The position numbers were made by a program, and so were the translations under genes. Shown one piece after another: positions 51,950 to 64,000 of a stretch of DNA of 64,000 nucleotides. The notes beneath the pieces are model-generated. The model did not search any database. It was not told where the DNA came from and worked only from the letters and a program-made list of their open reading frames with translations. The number at the start of each line of letters is the position of its first letter. The first letter of the stretch is position 1. Location: NCBI RefSeq assembly GCF_009914755.1, contig NC_060934.1, one strand, 5' to 3'. This DNA comes from the human T2T-CHM13v2.0 reference genome, Homo sapiens.

Positions 51950-52660
51950 CTTGCACAAGTCTGTGTATAATCAATTCTGAGAAGTAGAATTTAAAATTTA
52001 GTGCTTTGAAAATTGTCCTCATTTTAATTTTTTGGATTTTAATTAGGTAAGGTTGAACATTTTTCCTTATTTTCATTGATCGTTTGGGGTTCCTTGGTAA
52101 AATGCTTGCTTTTGTTTCCTGTTGGGTTATTTTGTCTTTTTCTTATTGATATGTGAGAACTTTTTGCATATTAAAGAAAGACCATCATTTCTATTTTGAT
52201 TTTGCCCAGGGAATTTTTTTCAGAATAAGAAATTCAACTAGATTTTTAAAAAACTTTTAATTGGGCAATAATTTCAGATTTACAGAAAAGTCACAAAGAT
52301 TGTACAGATCCTTCACCCAGGATCTCCCAATGTTAACAGCTTACATAACCATAGTACATGGTTTGTCAAAACTAGGAGATTAACATTGGTCCATTGTGGT
52401 CAGATTTTTAAGTCCCTTCCTATGGCTTCTAAATTTATGAGGTGCTTACACAAAGGCCTTTTTAACCTTAAGATTTTTTTTTTGTTTTGCTTTTGTTAAT
52501 CATATATGTTTATTTCCTTCTACTTTTTAAATGTTGTTTTTCATATTTTCATCTCTATTTATTTATTTGAAATGTGTTTTAATTTAAAGAGTCTTGGTTG
52601 GAACCTATCTTTATTTTCATCTAAATGCTAACTAACCAACTTTTTCAGTATCTTTTGAAT
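51950..52660 (-). mobile_element. Old L1M fragments, including an L1MB/MC-type 3' end at ~52250-52395
   Basis: ttttaattgggcaataatttcagatttacagaaaagtcacaaagattgtacag...ccttcacccag...cccaatgttaaca...cataaccatagtaca...aaaactaggagattaacattggt is a typical antisense L1M 3' terminus; flanks are T-rich and L1-like. Confidence 0.65.
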
Positions 52661-53547
52661 TACTCGACTTTGTGTTTACACACATTTTACAAGGACAACA
52701 AAAAAGTGCCTGCTGATTGACTTTGTAGTCAATCATAACCCTTGACCATATTTTTTTTGGTGGTACTTCATATATGAAAGAGTATAAAATCTAGGTTATT
52801 TAATGTTGTTATAAAATTATTCTAAGATCACCGAATGGAGAATACTTAGATTCTAAATAAGTGACTTTGTGAGAATTGAATTTTTATATCATTAACCAAT
52901 TCTAAGACATTTTAAAGAAGGCAGAATGATCTAACCCAATACTTCATATACTTAGTTTTACTGTGGAATCCCAAGGGCAACATGTCCCCCGACCCAACGA
53001 CAAAATAACATATATTCCTATTAAGTTTAGGGATTGATGGAGCTTGTAATTGTTAATTTGTCACAGATGATACTGTTATTTATGCGTAGTTACTGTCTCC
53101 CTTTGGAGAGTTTCATGTGCTAAATTTTCAGCAAATAGTTTGAGCCTCACCTACAGCTTCTTGACCTTTTGGGGAAAAAACTATCACTTTAAAAGACCTT
53201 TTACGAGTGAGCAAATATATGCTTTTCTGTTTTCACAGTAACTTTCAGAGAAACCCACTGGTCTCAGCATGGCCTATGCCTTGGCAGCCCTTTCCACCCG
53301 TAGCAGGTTGTTCTTTACCTTTCGTTTTTAAGGTGGCTTCCAGTTCATACCAAGCTCACATACTGTGGCGAAGAGCTTTCTGAGAAACTTCATAAGATTT
53401 TGCTAAGATATTAATGAATAATTTAGTATATTGTTGCATATATGACTGAGTATCACATTTCAGTAATGTTTTTACTATCTTTAAATATAGGTACATAAAT
53501 CCTAGCTTGGGGTAAAAGGCATTGACATTTTCTCAGTAATAGTTCTT

Positions 53548-53685
53548 TGTAGACAGACCTGGGTTCAATATTAGCTCTGCCACCCCTCGAGCTGTGTCAC
53601 CAGAAGTAGGTTGTCCTGTACGTCTAACTTCAGTTTGTCTATTAAAGGGGATTGCACCACTGACGGCTTGATCAGGGTTAAATAC
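53548..53685 (+). mobile_element. MIR fragment
   Basis: agacagacctgggttcaatattagctctgccac...gctgtgtcacc...cttcagtttgtc. Confidence 0.65.
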
Positions 53686-53973
53686 TCCAGCATTCCTTGG
53701 AAAACACTTCTGTGAGCATTGTCGCAGACTTGATGATGTAGCAACTATTTTCCCTAAGTTTCCCACTTTAGAAATTATTAAAAATATTGCTGCCTTCATA
53801 GCTTTTTCAAAGGTTTTCTCTTATTTCTGTCAGATCTCTTACATCTAATATTCTCATTCCCAGCAGATAATTAATCTATTAAGAGGCAGGCTGTGGGCCC
53901 CTCTGATACCAGGGAAAGTGAAAGGCACCAGGGCAGGAGTTCTGATTCTAGCAACTGCCTGGCCGCTGTGTGA

Positions 53974-57657
<3,684 letters not shown>

Positions 57658-58719
57658 AACAAGATGAGCTTGTGGACTGTCTTTCACATCCTGGGAACTT
57701 ATAGAAAGGTAGTTAGGATTATTAAGCAACTAAAACATTTTCCTTTATTTTTCCTTCCTTACCGCTACCTCTCCCAAGTTGTAATAATTTAATAGTTACA
57801 ACTATTAGTACAAATAGTTTTAAAAGTCTCTTTGAGTTGCCACCCTGGAGTGTGTATCTCCTAATGGGATAATACTTAAGGCATTTTATAAACTTTAAAG
57901 TGCCATGGACATCAGTCATTTGTGCATTTGTGAGCACTGCCTCATTTAAGCCTGCCGTCGCCTTAATGTACTGTGTACATTAGATACGACTTCAGTTCCC
58001 TTATCCCAGGAGGGCTGAAACTTACTGGGATTTCTGTTATATTGACCTAACAGATTAGGATGATTTTAAAATTTTACTCATTTTCTATATTGAATTAAAA
58101 CAAGAAATTAGCTGAGCATTTTCCAAGATGGAAGGAAAAACGGCCATTGTTTTGATTTCTAGTTATGTAACCCATTCCAAAAATTCAAACATGAGATTAC
58201 ACGGAGTGCTGTATTAAACAGATGAGTACCTGCTCACTGGCTTCCTTTCACACAGTCGCCTGGCACTGCAGCCACACCTGTGCTCACCTGTACCTGCCTA
58301 CCTGTGGCTGGGCCAGGCCCCAGGAGTCCCGTGGGTCAGGAGCATGGCATGGAGGGTGGGCAGAGCTTTCTGCTCATCCCCGGATCATGGCAGCGTCAGA
58401 TGGAACTCGGCCTGCCCCGTTTCTGTGCAGCTGTCAGGATGTATGGGGTTTTCCCATGCTCCGTGCCTCCATGCCTGCGGCACTTTGGAAGGACGTTAAG
58501 GCAGGACATCTTTAGGAGAATGTCTTTATTGACTTTGTCTTTATTTACCTTGGGCCTGGCGCTGTTATCTCAGCTGAGTGTCCGTGTTTAAAGGCGACAC
58601 ATGGAACGAGCATGGCTCATAATTTTGAGTTTCTTCTTCTGGAGCCTTACTATTATATGCTCAGAAACCATCTCTGTCTGCGTGGTATCTCTCCTCTGGC
58701 AGTGCAGTAGGTCACACAT

Positions 58720-58870
58720 CGTTGAGGTTATGAGCTTTGGAGACTCTTAGACATCAGCTCTCATGTTAACTCTGTGATTTTGGGAAAGTTGACCTATATG
58801 TTTTTGTTTTCTTTAGTGTGAAACAGGAATGCCTTCTGCATAGCGAGGCTGTCAGAAAAGCCCTTGACAC
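58720..58870 (+). mobile_element. MIR (diverged)
   Basis: atgagctttggagact...ctgtgattttgggaaagttgacct...gtgtgaaacagga. Confidence 0.5.
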
Positions 58871-59234
58871 TTTCTGGTCCCAGAGAGGGCACCGCAGCCA
58901 CCCAGGCCTGCCCGTGAGAGGTGGCAGCTCTGGGAGGAACACTCCTTAGGCCGGTGTGTGGTACTGTCAGGTGCTTATTTTTGTTTCACAAACTTGGTAT
59001 TTATTAGGTGTTCCAGGCTTTGTTCGACCCGGGTGGGAGGGAGGATCTTTGTTGGAGGACTCTCACTTTCTAATTGCGGGTTTTTGTTCTGAAGCCATAG
59101 GGTGTGTTGCCGTCTCAGCAGGGAGGAGTATTCCCCATTAACGGGCAGGTGGCATCGTGGGAGAAGCACCTGCTGTGCCCGGGGGGGCGGGACTGCGCAG
59201 GATCAGGGGGATGCGCGGGAGCCAGTGGTGCTGA

Positions 59235-59450
59235 CACTGCATACCATGTGTCAGGAGCCTTGGAAGTCGGCTTAAATGGTTTAATCTGATTTAATCTTCA
59301 CAAAAACCTTGAGGGATAGGCATTACGATTAGGCACCACAGTAGAAACTGAGGCATGGAGAGGTGCAACAGTTTCCCTGAGGTCACACAGCTCTTCAGAG
59401 GGGGAGACAGGACTTAAACACGAGGAGGCTGGCTCCAGGGCCCGTGGGCT
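59235..59450 (-). mobile_element. MIR
   Basis: atttaatcttcacaaaaaccttgagggatagg...gaaactgaggcatggagagg...cctgaggtcacacagct...ctggctccaggg is the antisense MIR core. Confidence 0.8.
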
Positions 59451-59648
59451 TTGAGCGAGGAAGGCCTTCTAGGTCTAGACGTTCCTAGGCTGGGGCTCAG
59501 TGATACCCTAAAGCCCATGCACACCTCCTCAGACCTGGCTCCTGAGAGGCAGTCCTCCAGAGTGGCCTCTTTGCTGAGACTGTGAGCCTGGGCTTCTGTC
59601 TCTAACCACTAGCTACAAAAGGATGCTGGACAGACATCCTGTACCTAG

Positions 59649-59748
59649 GGACACCCCATGATGGCTTGTCCCCCGACCACAGACACCCCATGATTGGGGA
59701 TACCCCGTGACCATGGATGCCCCATAACCACAGACACCCCACAACTGG
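59649..59748 (+). repeat. Degenerate ~16-17-bp minisatellite (gaYRccccRtRaccac-like)
   Basis: gacaccccatga / gacaccccatga / gataccccgtga / gatgccccataa / gacaccccacaa recur. Confidence 0.6.
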
Positions 59749-62700
59749 GCAGCTCAAGGCAGCAAGTGCCTTCCTTGTGTGCTTCCGTTTTGTTGAGGTC
59801 TTTGTTGCAAACATCGTTTGTTGAGGGCTGCCTTACCCTTAGAAGACATAGTACCATTTCTGGGAACCATGGTTGCTGTTGAGAAATGCATCCTTACACG
59901 CCCAGATCCAGCCGCTGTCTGGTCCCACTGACATGGCACAGGAATCAAAGCAGGTGCTTGGGGGATGTCAACAGTTGAATTTGGATTCCTCATAAAGCAA
60001 TGTTAGCACATGACACTCTGTGAGGAAATAATGATGCTACTTTGTAAGATAAGAAAGGGGAAACAGCTGCGTTGGTGGATAATTGTTAACGGTGCAGCTG
60101 CAGTGTGAGTTGCACACTGGAAGGTGTTTGCCGTGACCTGTCGCGGGCTGAGCTTTTTGGTAGCCTGGCATTGTGGTGGATGCCTTTCATTCCATCCGCT
60201 GTGGCTGAGTTCTGCTTTCCTGCCCCTGGTTCTGCAGTGGCGTGACTGGGCTGCTTACAGGCCCTGTCTTTCCAAGCCACCATTTAATTGGGGAGGGCTA
60301 CTGACATGGCACCATTGAACTTGAGACCTGCCATTCCTCCGGTGGCAGTCCTTGGAGAACAGGGCCCCAGGTCTTTCTGACCCCACATCATTGGCATGGT
60401 CTCGCAGCCAAGTAGGTTATGTTTTCTGAGGAAATCATCATGTCATTCCCATCTACTGTTAATTTTTAAAAAGCTGTGATTCCTGATGAAACAAACTAGA
60501 GATGATGCAGGAACTCTGGATCTAAATGGTCAGTCACTATCTTCTGCAACTTGCTGGAGTGCAGACACGTCTCAGAATAAGATATTCTCAGACTAGTCAG
60601 AACATTGTTTCCTTTCTTTAAAAAACAAAACAGAAAACCACTGAGCCCAGAGTTCAAGGCCTCCTAAAGAGGAAGAGGGCTTTGGCTACCTGCAGATAAG
60701 AAAGGTTTTGGTGGTAATGCTCAAGTGTGAGTTAGGTGTGGGCGTGAGCATGCCCAGTGGCCGTCCCGTCCTCCTGGAGACAAAACCATTTCCGGGGTAT
60801 CCCCTGGCTAAGCATTTGAAAGCAGCAATTTATTTTCAACAGTTTCTATCCTTAATATTTAAAAAATAGGAAAGTGTACTCAATCAGCTTTCTGTTGACT
60901 TTCTGCTGCCTGGCCGGCGTCTTGTAGGAGGCGCTCTGCCTGTCTGTGCAGGAGGCTGTCCAGGGTGTGCGAGCCACGTGGGCCAGCCTCTGTGGGCGGA
61001 CTGTCCCAGGTGGGTGGTGGTGAGGGGGTGAATTCCTCCTTCACATTTGCTTACAAGTGCTCCTTTTTTGAGTGTTGGGAGCACATCTGTGTATGAAGGA
61101 CATCATTCGGACGCTTTCCAGGGTGGTGGGAAGCAGCCTCCCTTAGCCCGGCTACGTCTCATGAATGTGCGTGGACCCCGCCTGGCCTTCTGCCCGACAT
61201 GTACTCCACCCCGCCTTCTACCAGGAGCCAAGGCTGTGACCATTGTGATCTGAACAAGCCGTTGAGAGTGTGCTCTGTTGTCAGTGAATTAGTTCAGAGA
61301 GTCCCTCCTCGTGTTATAGTTCTCATGACCACTGCGCAGTGTTGCTGTGCTCTGCCTCTGACGGGTGGCTGCCAGGCATTGAAAAAATAACATCGTAAGT
61401 CCTTACTGCTAACACTGACTTTTAAAAACATTTAATTGTGTGCCTTTTAAACTTTTGTTCTCCGTACAACGTCTTCCCGATATTTAGATTTTAACTTTTA
61501 AAAGACAGTTACAAATTATTTCTAAAGTATAAAGTCTGGTTGTTGTTTTTTTTTTTGATGGAGCTGTGAGGAGGAAAAAAATGAGATATAGAATTTTAGT
61601 GTAGGTGATCTTGTGCTTTAGGATAAAACCATTTTTCTGTTACTGCTTTTTGGTATCTAAATCCCCGGCAGTTTCCCCCTTCGGATAAAGCATCATGTAG
61701 GTTTTAGCACACCAGCGGGTTCCTGGCTCTTTAGTGAAAAGGTGGCTCTGAGGATTGCCCTGTGCCCGCCATGACCATCCTGGTGGCTTGGCGACTTCAT
61801 ATTGACTGCAGGCCCTGTGGACAGAAAGAATTATTTCTTTTTTAGAGAAAAGATATTTATGACCGAAAACAGTGCTAAAAACATGAGAATATTGATCATG
61901 GTTTTGAGAGATGCTTGCACTGAATCACTTGATATACCTAAATATCGGCTTTATTCTATCTTCCCTAAAAGACAGATTGCCAACACAAAAGATGAACCAT
62001 CTTGAGGGAAAAAAATCTTATATCTTTCTGATAGGCTGTCTTGCTTCCTTCCATAACAATGGGGAGAAAAGAAGTCTGTGTGGTTTCCTGAAATAAGCAA
62101 CAAATATAATAAATGGTGTATCGGAAGCTTCTGTAAAACTGCCTTGGGTGTACTTTATTTAACTTGTAGTAATAAGTTAAATTAACATCAAATGGAAATT
62201 CAAATAGCTAAACATTTAACCAATCTAACAGTAAACAATTATTCTAAAATCAACATAAAAATAAAGACCCATTATCATCAGAAGACCTAATTCATTGTTT
62301 TTAGAGGTAATCTCTTGGGGTTCTGTGGAAATTTATAAAGGAATGAGTGAGGCTAATTATTTACTCATCAGATTTTTGAAGGCAAATACTTTTCTGTTAT
62401 TCTTAAATTTTAGACCTATTTTGGATCAAGATGGTGTGTTGCTTTTGTAGTTTAAGGTAGAAGATAGTGAGGCTGACTTCCTTCCTTATCCCGGGTAGAA
62501 AGCCTGACTTTTTCTGGATAGATTGCAGCCTAGGGGTTGTGGTTTTGGTCCTGTTCTGCCCTTTTCCCAAATTCTTCTTCATTGCATCTGATACATCCCC
62601 CTTGCCTGCAGGGCAGGGCCCTGTTTCTGTGGCACACATAGCAGGACCGTTTACATTTCCTCTGCTCACAGGTGCCGCCCACACCTTGCTTCCTATTTCA

Positions 62701-63404
62701 TGTCCTCCTCGTCTCTGTAGTTGAGGGAAGAGTATTCCATTCAACAGATGGAAACACCATTGCATCTGACTGCCATGTCTTTGAAACCTGCCAGACCAAG
62801 TCTTGACTTTCGTTTTGTTTTTTTTGGTGGAGCTGGGAGGAGACAGATGGGCCATACAGTCTATGTGTGGGTGCCTTGGTGTGGGACACAAGAAAGTGAG
62901 GCAGGACGTGGAGCACCAGGTCATCAGAGCTGGCAGAGGCTGCTCCACCGTGCACCGAAGACTTGGCATGTCAGTGGAGCCAGGAAGTCTCCGATGCAGA
63001 AGCGGAAGTCAGTGTGGCCACAGGAGCGAGGTGGCAAAGTGCTGGCCTTGGAGGAAGAGAGAGGTCAGAGAGTAGACAGAGGGTGAGGCCTGGATCATCA
63101 TCAGATGAGCAGACATGAAAGCCGCTCTCAACAGGATTAGAAAACACAGTTTCTAGGGGATTCTTGCAGGGAAACAGACATGGAGGGGCACCATTTGGTT
63201 TGTAAAAGGAAGGTATAGCCCTGAAGTTGGCAAGCTCTTGGCCTGCTGGCCTGATGCAGCAGGCAGCTGAGAATTGCTTGGCCTGTCCATGGGGGCCTGA
63301 CAGGTATCTCAAATTTTAATTGCCAGCACACACGAATCAGGAGATTTCATATTTCAAAAAGCATGTATGGCTGCTGTTTCTTTTTTGTATAAGGCTTAAT
63401 TTGT

Positions 63405-64000
63405 TTTTTTTTTCATGTTATAGCTTTCCTGAGATACATTTTACATACTCTAAAATTTACCCATTTAAATTGTACAGCATGCTGGGTTTTCATGCATTTA
63501 TACAGTTGTGTGTCCATCATCACAGTGTAATTTTAGAAGATTTAAATCTCCCTCTTCCCCACTGCCCCTGCCAAAAAAGGGACCCCAGACCTACCAGCAG
63601 TCATTTCCCATCCCCCTCCCTCTGGTACCAGCCCACCACTAGTCTGTCTGTGTCTGTGGTTTTCCCTGTTCTGGATGTTTTGCATCAACGGAATCCTGCA
63701 CCATGTGGCCTTTTGTGCCTGGTTCCTTTCCCTTCGTGTGGTGTTTTCAAGGTTGCTCCACGCTCCAGCATGTGTCAGAACTTAATTCCCTGCGGCCAAA
63801 CAATATCCCATCATGTGGATGAACCACATTTTGTTGATCTATACATCAGTTAAGTCAGTTTCGCCTTTTGGTGTTGTGAATAAGGCTGCAGTGAACATTT
63901 GTGTATATATGTGTTCATTTCTCTTGGGGTATATATACACACACACACACGTAGGCCTAGGAGTAGGATTCCTGGGTCCGATGGCAATTGCATGTTTAGC
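63405..64000 (-). mobile_element. L1MB-class 3' end (runs off the window)
   Basis: tagctttcctgagatacattttacatac...aaaatttacccatttaaattgtacag...atacagttgtg...ttgtgaataaggctgcagtgaacatttgtgta...ttcatttctcttggg...cctaggagtaggattcctggg. Confidence 0.8.

Overview
Primate (most likely human) genomic DNA from inside the MGMT (O6-methylguanine-DNA methyltransferase) gene, transcribed on the + strand. The only real coding sequence is the 137-nt first coding exon (exon 2, 15197-15333; ATG at 15209; [41 protein letters not shown]), which the ORF track missed because it is short. Everything else is intron 1 (left) and the very long intron 2 (right). These contain Alus, a 5'-truncated dead L1PA element (sense orientation), old L1M/L2/MIR/MLT/MER fossils, a 45-bp VNTR, a (GT)21 microsatellite, a ~670-bp polypyrimidine tract and several repeat-free, motif-rich blocks that look like conserved enhancers. 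I see no new gene or multi-gene system. The best unexplained structures are: (1) a 194-bp micro-inversion bounded by perfect 13-bp inverted repeats that splits one AluJ and flips its target-site duplication, ~760 nt upstream of exon 2; (2) a ~240-bp templated local duplication whose direction can be read from the sequence; (3) several juxtaposed 3'/5' splice-site (recursive-splicing-like) motifs in the long introns; (4) an inverted double octamer motif. Repeat subfamily calls come from my recall of consensus sequences, not from a search.
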